Origin: the human T2T-CHM13v2.0 reference genome, Homo sapiens
DNA: 64,000 nt
Reading direction: 5' to 3' (one strand)
Assembly: GCF_009914755.1 (NCBI RefSeq)
Contig: NC_060926.1
The notes below the pieces were generated by a model. It was given only the letters and a program-made list of their open reading frames with translations. It was not told the DNA's origin and did not search any database. The translations under genes were made by a program, and so were the position numbers. The stretch's first letter is position 1, and the number at the start of each line of letters is the position of its first letter. Shown here in pieces: positions 26,949 to 37,105 of this stretch.

Positions 26949-29302
26949 ACAAGTAAGAAGATGGAGTCTCTTTCTCCTACAGAGTAGAAGCTGCTCTCTT
27001 TGTGACCACATGCCATAGAATGCCAGAAAGGTTTTTTCTCAGATATTGTCTTGCTGTGTAAATGTTTAACCCACAGTATCCTGCACTGATTTTGTGGGTT
27101 TAATGTGAAACTCATAAAAGGAAATATCTGATGGAGTTAATAAATTTGCATTTTTATAACTTTAATATAGTACTATTTGAGCTGCACTTAAAAATATAAG
27201 ACAATCTTTTTCTATAAGTTATACATCTTCCATTGGGAGACTGGAAATTGAAAGAACTGTTTGAGATTAAAGAAATGTTTTATTATAACCTAGAGACAAT
27301 CTAGGACCTTAGGAAAGTCACAATTCCTTAAAAGTACTAATTTAAGAATTCAGGTTGCTGCTGTAGGGTTTGAGCTACATTAGGGTACTCAAAAAGTATA
27401 TATAACTGGAATGAAAGTATCAGTTTAGAATCTGATGGTTACAGTCATGGTGATTATGTAGTTGGACAACCAAAACCCAAGAGTTACTGGCTCATGACAA
27501 AATGTGGTTTGACTGAATACAAAGGGCATAGCCCAAAAACTGAAAACTACTGAAAACCCACATGTCACTTTAGTCCCAGAGGTAGGTCAACAAGGGATAA
27601 GAGGCATTTAGTGAATGGTGCAGAATGAGCTGCAAGTCACACTAATACCAGGAAACTACTCTGTGGCAGAGAACACTCTCAGAAACACAACCTCTAGGTC
27701 TTTCCAGATCACCCAGAGTCATTAAGAAGAAGAAGAAAGGGAACCTGAAACATAAAAATTATATTTGAAAATCCTGATACTCACTTGTAAAGTCTTTCTT
27801 TAGTGATGTTATCCTTTTAAAGTTAGGTTGTTTAGGTAGTCTCACTCTGCTTAACTGTAGTCAGACTTCCAACACTGCTAACCCTCCAGGACACCAGGGA
27901 GAAAATGAGCCCAGATGAGGATTATAGGGCAGAGGGGTCAGAAAGTTACTTCTAAAGCTTCCCCTCCAAGCCATTTACCCTTTCTAATTTCACATTTCCT
28001 AATAAGTATATTTATTTGGGCATCTATCCCATAGCCCTCTCTAAACAAATCATTCTGACCTTGGGCCAAACCTATCACTGTGATTCTGTATGGATTCCAT
28101 CTGAGGTGCTCCTCTAAGCCTGTGAGGCCATACACCCCTCAGGTTAGGAGTGTCCCTCCTATGATGACAGCTATCCCATTGCCAGATGACCCACCTTCAT
28201 CCCCACACAGTCATCCCAGTTCCCAATTGTCTGCTTCTCATGAATGGGTCAGAGTTAGCCACCACACCTGACCTTCACAGATGGTATTGGGGCAAACATC
28301 CATTCTGCAGCTGAGGCCACATTCAAAGGGGGACTGTCGTGAGGAATAAAAATCCTTTGACAGGCATGTCATGCCACCCATCAAAGGAGTCTGTGCTTGC
28401 TGGTTCTGCACAGAGAGATCAAGTTCTTGTTCCTGAGAAAACAAATATAACTACTTGTGTATAAGCACACATTCCTATTTTGTGTGTGCCTGTGTGGAGA
28501 CCAAGGGGTTGACTTAAGATGAAATACTCGATATTTGATTCCTTTAAAATAGACTATGCAGGTATTATGAAGAAATCTTAAAATATTCCTTATATTTCCA
28601 TAATGAACTCATTGTTGTCAAGAAAAGTGCTTTTAGCGCTTTATGTACTCTAGGAGCACAGAATAAAGCTTTCATTTGAGTTTTAGGTACAGAAGCTTTC
28701 ACTCAAATGGCAAAATATGGGGTCACTGTGAAGTCATTTTCTTTTTAGAATCAAGAAGCAAAGCAGGGTACTTTGAATGTGAGTTTTAAAGATATATATC
28801 CTGAAAATAAGGACAACAAGTGCCAGGGGAGTTAGGAATGCCCTGTCTTCCCAGGCCTCAGCACCAGACTTCTTGACTCTGTGTGGTTCATAAGACTTTG
28901 TTGTTGCCAGCAGCAATCTGAATCTGGGTGGGTTCCTCTCTGAGAGCCAGGGTAAGGAAGGGGACAAATGGCATGGTTCACCTTTATTTCTTAGTGGTGT
29001 GAGCAGTCAGGATTTCCTTATACATTACTAAGCAGGAAATCCCAAATGCCCAGCAGCAAGGGGTTAAAAACCATTCTGAAAAGCTTTTTATGTTCTGAAA
29101 AGTTAAATTACACATACATGAAAACCACAAACACATAGCACCTGGGTAAATAAATTGTGGCCAAATAAAGACCAGGCTATTTGCAAAAGGGAATCTGGAA
29201 AACATTTGTTTTTGGGTGGTTAACATTAGTTACACTTTATGCTTTTTTTTCCCCCTAAAGAAAATAGTGTGGTTTAGAAGAAACAGGAAAAAAAAAAAGA
29301 AT

Positions 29303-29308
29303 TTTAAT
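29303..29308 (-). terminator. Candidate TTC30B polyadenylation signal (ATTAAA)
   Basis: tttaat on + equals ATTAAA on -, followed by a U-rich run on -. An AATAAA alternative lies at 28988-28983. Confidence 0.4.
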
Positions 29309-30172
29309 ATGGCCATTGAAAACAAGATTTCAGTTCATTTACTTTCCAAATCTTAAGGGGCTACCAAGACTGACAGGGGCACAAAGCTACTGCAGCAACA
29401 CTTTTAGTACAGAAGTTGTCAAACAAAGAACATTTCCCAGACATTGAATGTGCTATGGGATGCAGTGAAGAGGTCACTAAACATTGCTTGTCCTCCACAT
29501 GTGAGACTAAAGCATCAGTGGTAAATGATAGCAGCTCAGATAATTAAGATTTAAAATGCCATAAATTCAAAACCATTGAACTTCACAATAAGCCAAATTT
29601 CCTGGTATAATACAATTTGAGCACTCAGGAGGTCATGCTACAGAGGAATTATGCTGAGCATGTTTCTTATCAGTACTTATGTGGCTAAGTGGTTCCTTTT
29701 CCTTGAAGGAAAAAATCATCTCATTATGGCAGAGGTTCCCTATCATTCAGAAGAAAGCTACTAGGTTGAGCTATGAGAAACTGCTAGTTTTGTACATCAA
29801 AAACTGTCAAAATCAACAACTGCATATGATTCAGTCTAATACACTTGATTTTTCTAAGCCAGGTCAAGTTAGGATTGACAGTTACTTTTTGTGGGAAGAG
29901 AGGAGTGAGGAGTGGGAAATCAAATAGTAAGGCTCTTGTAAGGTTCAGAAAATAAAATGCCTGATCAGAATGCATGTGGTTCCCAGTGGGAACTCCAAAT
30001 AACTCTTGGGAGTTGCGGACATGAAATGAACATTACAACTTAGAATTGACCTTTTTGGTCAGACCTGGTGGCTGAGATTTTTCCTTATTCAAGAGGCTAC
30101 AACATGGAAACACTGTACAGCCAGCATATCCTAAATTGCAAACACAAAGGTAGGAATTAAGAACTGAGAACT

Positions 30173-30297
30173 GGACCCAGTGATTTGCGCCAGTAGTCCC
30201 AGCTACTTGGGAAGCTGAAGTGGGAGTATGCTTAAGCCTAGGAGCTGGATACTAGCCTGGGCAACAAACATAACAAAACCTGTGTCTCTTAAACAAA
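30173..30297 (+). mobile_element. FLAM / Alu monomer, antisense within the TTC30B 3'UTR
   Basis: gtagtcccagctacttgggaagctgaagtgggag...gcctaggag...agcctgggcaaca, ~125 bp. Confidence 0.75.
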
Positions 30298-31040
30298 CCC
30301 CTGAGTTCTCAGGATAGCTCTGTTATTTCTCACAGAGATATTTAAAAAGTTATCATGGAAAATAGTAACAGTGTATCTTGTTCATATATTTAAATTATTA
30401 AAGGGAACAAAAGAAAACCAGGGAAATTTGTTCTTTGATAATCGTTCATTGTCTCTACATTATAGCACCATAATTTTGTTAAGGCAACAAAATTTTTTAC
30501 TGACTTTTGCACGTTAAAACCACTTATAACCTAAGGAATTTTGGTTAGGTAAAGAATTATATCCATATGAATAAACACTGCCAAAATATCCTAAAGTCTA
30601 TATAAAAAGTATGCATTACAAATTAATGAGTGTAAATTGTGAGACTACTCTCACACAATCCCTGAAATGATTATTTAAAGACTACTCTTAACTATTACTG
30701 AGATAGTGCTTGGTCCCTGAATGATGTAATCCTTGTGCAAAGACCCCTCAAGATACGTCAAAGCACAAAAGATAACAGAGGAAAGGAAACAAACGTATTA
30801 CAACTTCTGATATAAACATTCCTCATAAGTTTGGAATTTTTCATAACTCCTGGGGTAAAAGTTCTTAGAATATGTCACTTTCTGGGAAATTTAACAGCAA
30901 AAGTTTTAGCTACTTTTTTTTTTATAATGCATAAGTGTACAAAGTTCAACATGTAACAAATATAAAGATGCCAAAGGGTAAATAAAGTGATGCAAATTTA
31001 CATAACAAAGCCATTTGATAAATGCCACTATCAGCTATTA

Positions 31041-33038
31041 CTATATATTCCATCCTATAATCTCATAAATCAAAGCTTTTAACTGCCTAGACTCATATGT
31101 GACTGTATTCTTTCCAACATGCATTCTTTCTTCTTCCAGGGGTTGTTCAATAACAGCAGGTATGTTTCTGCCATGAAGTTCACAGTGTTCTAGAAACTGG
31201 ACACATTCTTGAATAACACTATCACGAAGCATGATTGTGTGTTTTGACATGTTTTCTAACAAGGACAGGAAGCATCTTTTGGCATAATACCAGGTGTCTG
31301 TTCCCAGCTTTTTGTTGTAAGGTTCCAAGCTTTTGATAACTCGAGAAATACCAAAGTCATAATTTCCTTTGGCACAATAAAGAGTTCCTATCACCAAATT
31401 CACAATGCAGAGATGGTACATTTTCTTATCTGGGTCATCATAAGAGAGCTGCTCTTCCTCCTTTTCAATCTTCCTCATCAACTCCTCTGCTTCTTCATTT
31501 TGACTTGTCATAATATAGGAAACACAGAGATTAGCCAGTACAATAGCACTGACATTCAGGATGTTATCATAATGCTTCTTGACTATGGGTTCATAGAAAC
31601 CAATGGCTTCTTTGTATTTGTTTTCCTGCATGAACAGAACATGAGCCACATTCAACTTCCACACATCATGGTCGTTACAGAATTCCACAGATTTGCGGAA
31701 GATCTTTTCCACCATTGGATAATTTTCAAGATTCCAGTAGATTTTTGCCTGAGCCATCAACACAGGAATGTATTTCTCCATGGTTTCATCATATTCATTC
31801 ACTGCCTTTTTGATAGCTTCATCATCTCTATTGTGTCTTGCTTCCTGTACTTGTATGGTAAGTTTCCGGAGGACCTCAGTCAGCATCCCTGCTAGCCCAT
31901 CAAGCTTAATGAAAGCCTCTTCAGGAGCTGTCTGGCAAGTGATCACAGCGTCCAAGAAGTCATAGAGATAGGGTGTGAGGAACTTATAAATCAAATGGGC
32001 ATTTTCTGCCAGGACATCTGCTGCCAGGTCAAAATACTCATATTTACAGTAGAGCAGCAACAGGTTGCCAAAAGTCTCTGGAGGAAAGGGATTCTGTTGG
32101 AGCAAAAACTGTAGCTTTTCAAACCCTTCTGTAGGCCTGGCATCCATGTTCATTAGTGCCTGGTTGTGTAGGGTCACAGGGTCCAACTCTTCCTCTGCCC
32201 TGGGTGGCATGTCAGTGAGGGCTTCTTGAGCTGCCTCATAGTTTCTCAGTTGGTATTCTATAGCTGCCTTAAGGTTGAAGGCTTCCACCAGAGCAGTCTG
32301 ATGGAGGACTAAGGTGTTGCCAACACTGCGAACATCAATGCCCTCAGTGGTCATGCCCACACCTAGCTCAGGGTGCTGGCGGATGCCACGCTCAATAATC
32401 TCAGCGATATGCTTCAGTGCTGAAGCATACTGTCGGCTGCTGTAATAGGCCAAAGCCAGGTTGTAGGAAAGGTCAGGCTGGTAGCCCGAGGCCTGCAGGG
32501 CGGCAAAAAACTTGGAGCATGCAGCTTCATACTGTCCCTCCTTGTAGAGCAAACAACCCAGGTTGATCTGGCCATCGGTCTCATTCTCGCCCCCACTTTC
32601 CTCTCCCCCTTCCCTACTCGGCAGCTGCTCTACCAGGCTCCTGGACCCTGGCAGATCGCCCTCGCTGTACTTGATAGCAGCTTGCAGGTGGAGGACCCGG
32701 CTGTGGTAGGCGGGGTTATCCAGGAGAAGGAAGGCGACCCGGGTGGCCTCCGCATAAAGGCAGGCCTTGTATAGGGCCTGGGCCTGGTACAGGCGGTACT
32801 GCTCCAGTTCCGGGTGCAGCTGGCCCAGCTGCTCATAGCACTCGGCCGCCAGCGCGAACTCCTGCAGGCGGTAGTAGCAGTAGCCTAGCAGCGACAGGCC
32901 GGCGCGGCTCCTAGGGCTCCGCTGCAGTTCTCCGCCCAGCAGCTGCACCGCCTCGGCGTAGCGTGCATTGCGGATGAGGCGGTACACGACCGCGGTGAAC
33001 TCCCCGTCGGGGATCTGCGCGCCGCTCAGGCCAGCCAT
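31041..33038 (-). CDS. TTC30B: TTC30B / IFT70B, tetratricopeptide-repeat IFT-B subunit (fleer/DYF-1 family), single coding exon, 665 aa
   Basis: Uninterrupted 1998-nt ORF MAGLSGAQIPDGEFTAVVYRLIRNARY...KALIYEIIGWNI* with a strong Kozak context (gtggttATGG) and TPR-like helical repeats. Residues and position next to AGPS fit paralog B. The ORF track's extra 33 aa come from an upstream non-ATG start. Confidence 0.95.
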   Translation of the reverse strand: MAGLSGAQIPDGEFTAVVYRLIRNARYAEAVQLLGGELQRSPRSRAGLSLLGYCYYRLQEFALAAECYEQLGQLHPELEQYRLYQAQALYKACLYAEATRVAFLLLDNPAYHSRVLHLQAAIKYSEGDLPGSRSLVEQLPSREGGEESGGENETDGQINLGCLLYKEGQYEAACSKFFAALQASGYQPDLSYNLALAYYSSRQYASALKHIAEIIERGIRQHPELGVGMTTEGIDVRSVGNTLVLHQTALVEAFNLKAAIEYQLRNYEAAQEALTDMPPRAEEELDPVTLHNQALMNMDARPTEGFEKLQFLLQQNPFPPETFGNLLLLYCKYEYFDLAADVLAENAHLIYKFLTPYLYDFLDAVITCQTAPEEAFIKLDGLAGMLTEVLRKLTIQVQEARHNRDDEAIKKAVNEYDETMEKYIPVLMAQAKIYWNLENYPMVEKIFRKSVEFCNDHDVWKLNVAHVLFMQENKYKEAIGFYEPIVKKHYDNILNVSAIVLANLCVSYIMTSQNEEAEELMRKIEKEEEQLSYDDPDKKMYHLCIVNLVIGTLYCAKGNYDFGISRVIKSLEPYNKKLGTDTWYYAKRCFLSLLENMSKHTIMLRDSVIQECVQFLEHCELHGRNIPAVIEQPLEEERMHVGKNTVTYESRQLKALIYEIIGWNI

Positions 33039-33063
33039 AACCACCACGGCTGTTATGGGTGCG

Positions 33064-33077
33064 GTTACTATGGCAAC
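33064..33077. promoter_or_regulatory. RFX X-box
   Basis: GTTACTATGGCAAC fits the ciliary-gene X-box GTYNCY-AT-RGNAAC and lies ~26 nt upstream of the TTC30B ATG. Confidence 0.85.
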
Positions 33078-33084
33078 AGAGCAA

Positions 33085-33097
33085 CCGGAAGCGGAAG
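33085..33097. promoter_or_regulatory. Tandem ETS (GABPA/ELK-type) sites
   Basis: CCGGAAGCGGAAG contains two overlapping CGGAAG cores. Confidence 0.7.
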
Positions 33098-35576
33098 ACT
33101 GCCGGTTTCCTTGTCGCAAGAAATCTGTTAGGAACAAAAAGGGACCACTCTCGTCAGTCTCTCAATTTCAGCTTGATCTTCAAATACTCTGGACTGCGGA
33201 GTGGCGGCATTCAGGAGGGGAAAGACTACTCCGGGCCGTTCAGAGACTGAATCTACTCGTCCCGGCATGCACCGTTCCAGTGGTTCTGCGGCGCGGGTCG
33301 TAGCCGCGCTGCATGCTGGGAGACGTAGTCCCGGCTGTACCTACCGAACCGGCGGCCCGTGGGGGTGCAGGGTAACTCTCCTTCCCTGCCTCTTAAAGAT
33401 GAGGGGCGCTCACTGTGTCTGTTATGGCACCGTGGTCTCTGGCGCGGCGGAGGAAGGTTTCCGGCCCCATGTTCCTGGCGATTTTGAGCCTTGTACACGG
33501 TGTGGTCGATAATAATGCTGGCTTTCGGTTTAGTTTCAGTAAAAGAACCGGGATGGCAAAAGGCGAGTTATCTCTTGGAATTACCCTGGAATTAGAGCAC
33601 GTTCTTTTTTGCACTACCCCGAGGGCACAGTTTGTAAGAACGGAATAGAGCGGCGAGCAGGAATCCTTAATTTGGTGGTTTCCAGAGGTTAATGAGGAAA
33701 AAGGACTGTGAATCTTGATTGGTACTGGGAGAGTTTCGGTTTTAGGTCCAAGTATCTCCCGCTCTTTTTTCCCGTAACAACAAATATTACTGAGTATATA
33801 TTGGCGTTTACCCTTGGCCATCCCCATTGCGCTGGAGTTCCAACTTTCACTACTAGGTAGAAACGTTGGAGAAATGCATGACTTCAGTTTTTTCCAAGAG
33901 GGGAAAATCCAAGACATTAAAATGTGCTCCTTTCCCTATGCATTTTTACTCTTCTCTCTTAACTACTAAATTAGTCAGCCAGTGATGTGTGGGTGTGTGA
34001 GAGACACACATGCTCAGTTTGTACTTTTCAGCCTTCTAGGGATTTTGGATATTGAACTGATAAATATGGATTTTCTTCTGTTAAAATAAGAAAAGATTGC
34101 CTACACTTTAATTTTTTTTCCAGATTCTTAGTTTGAAGATTTCTATGCAGGTTTGCTAGACTGTACAAGATATCATTCTGGGTTTTCTTTCATTCTTTGT
34201 TATATATTTGGAATAGATGCTGTGGATTCCATGTTATTATCCTGGGGCTATTTTTGTATAATTTTTTTTCAGTTTATTAGTGGCCATGATGGGGCTGTGA
34301 AAAACTAGGGGCTTAATTATTCCATAAAATTATATCTAATCACCAATTTAAAAAATACCCCTAGATAAACTGACCTGGAGACCATAGACTTTAAGGGAGA
34401 ATAAATACAATTTTTCAATCAAGAATTAGGGACATAGACAAGATAGCAAAATATGAATTTGGCTTATCCCAGTGAGGTACTTGTAAATAGTGTAGTTTTC
34501 AAGGTAACAATAATAGTTGTAATTCATTAACATCTATCATATGGTGGCCTGGGACAGAGCATTGTCTTTTGTAGTCTTCCATGATGTCCATTGGCCTCAC
34601 TACCACCCATGATAAACAGTCCAAGTCAGAGCATGTCTTTGCTATATAATTAAATACTTCAATGCAGGTACCTTACTGCCTCTTCAACAGTATTGCTGTT
34701 CATAAATCTTTTCTACATATAAATTTTGGAGCCAACACCAACCATATTGCATCACATTCTATTAGACCACCTATATATATTATTTCTAATCATAATAACC
34801 ACCCTGTATTCTGCATATTACTGATGAAGAACATGTGAATCAGAAAGATTAGGCAACTTGCCTGAGATGACACAGCTAGATAAGAAGCAGCTGAATCATG
34901 AAATTCCAAAGCTAAGTTCAGTAGGTAATAGTCACTGATGAATTAACTCTATCTATCATGTATGGGCCCAGTTATAGGGGAATATTAGTGTCTTGCTTTT
35001 TTTATATTGTTATTTTCCTGTTAAAGCAACCAGCCACCTTGGGTGGGCCAGTGGAAATTTGAACTTCTTGGCCTAAGTCGTAACTGTGAGCAAGTATTAG
35101 AAAGTGATTAGTTGGGAATGGTCACCTGTTATACCTAAAAAGGAACTTCAGTAGGCATCTGAATGCTATACCATAAAGCAGCTGACTTCACGTACTCCTG
35201 TATTCTTCTCTCTTGCTGAGAAGTTTGCCACAGTTCTGTCCTTCTAGATGAGAACAGACAAGAAACCTCCTACTGCATCAATACCAAGAAAGGGACAAAG
35301 TGCACTCATTTTAGAGAGGTTGAGTGTAGCTCTGGACCATGCAAGAACACCAGGGAAAGCAGTTGAGGAAGGCTTCTGTAACCCTATTTCAAGGCTTCTT
35401 TCTCCCCAATCTCAGCTACAGCCTTATCCAGTTTTCAATCCAGAAGTGTTTGTAGATTGAAAGATGCTGGCTAGTGCTGCTCAATATTCAAGGAGTAGGG
35501 GGTGTTCTGCTTACTGCCTGCCTGATTGACACTTGTCCCTTGGAAACAATATGCAAAAGGCTTAATTTAAAAATTC

Positions 35577-35862
<286 letters not shown>

Positions 35863-37105
35863 AAATTCTTATATATTGAGCTGTTACCTTGGGTAATAAT
35901 AAATTAAGGTAAGAAGACAGAACATGGAAATGAGAAATTGTCTTTCCTATCTTTCAGCTTTATCTCTATTTTGCAGAGTTGTATTTGCATCATGAAAGCA
36001 TTCACCTTCAAATGGCTTCTTGAAAATGTATGAAAAGTAAAAGGACTATTTTCTTCTCCAAATTTCTGGGATCCCTACAGGAATCAGTTGGGGTTCTCCT
36101 CTTTTTGTTGGTACCTGTGAGCGTGGCAGCTGGAGTGGGCAGGAGGGAGGCCATTCTGTGTCTCTTCCTCCTTATTTCACGTGATGCTGCTCCTTAGGCC
36201 TGGCTTGAAAAAAGCAGGACATTCGGCTTAGACAGATGGAGGGCAGGGTCATTTTCAAAATGAAATGAATGCAAAGATCACACTGTGAAATTGGCATGAC
36301 CATCACTGCTGCTGTGATAGACCGACCTTTATTTGGTCTCATATAGGCATATGGAGAGTAGATCAGCTTTTTGGGTGGTAGAGGAGGGGAAGGAGACCCT
36401 TTAATTAATGATAGAAACTCTGGAAAGCAATAAACAGGGTGGAATATCATAAAGTATCTTTTTTGTTTACAACAAAATCTTGAAAAGCTGGAACATATAT
36501 CAAAAAGTAAGTCTATAATACCACTCCCAGCAGTAAGAAAGCATTTGGTGTTTACAATAAAATGATTTAGTGCCTTAGCGAAGGGAATTTAGCTTTCAGG
36601 AAATGGTTTAGGACTCGCAGTGGATTTTGCTGAATAAGCAGAGGCATGTTCACCATGTGGAAGAATTCCATTTAGGCAAAATGTGTAGGAGCAAAAAGCA
36701 TGATGTTTGGTTCCTAACACTTTTGTGTTTCTGCCTGCCAAAATATGAGATGATCAAATTGCATGTATATTCTATTTGGCAGTCTCTTTTAAAACTACTT
36801 GGAAGTGATTGTTTCATGATAATAACTACTTCTTGTTGGTAAACATTGTTTATTTATGAGTATTTCAACCACAGCTGTGGTCAGCCATCTTCCTTAATAA
36901 AGGAAGACTTTCTGCAAAACCACTTTCTACTTGTTATTTCTGTCTCCCATTCATTCCAGGGCATTTTCTTTAGGCTGTCCAGTTATGGAATTAACTTTTT
37001 TCTCTGGTAGTTCCAGCTTTATTAATATTTTAAATAGTAATGTATTTTCTTCTTAAATATGCCTTGCTTTTGATCAAACAGTTTTTATTTCTGGGTTTAT
37101 GGTAT

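Larger units (their letters stand above)
32450..33520. promoter_or_regulatory. CpG island spanning the TTC30B promoter and 5' CDS
   Basis: Abrupt rise in GC and CpG density (e.g. ggcgcggctcc, cgcggtgaactccccgtcgg, gcggcgcgggtcg) in an otherwise CpG-depleted window. Limits estimated by eye. Confidence 0.9.

Noticed and set aside
33039-33137. 33-aa N-terminal extension of TTC30B in the ORF track (698 aa)
   Set aside because: It starts at a non-ATG codon and runs through the X-box and ETS promoter elements. The strong-Kozak ATG at 33038 gives the known 665-aa protein.
31413-33917. Overlapping or antisense ORFs of 60-174 aa around TTC30B
   Set aside because: Shadow ORFs of a real CDS and of a stop-poor GC-rich island, with no recognisable domains.
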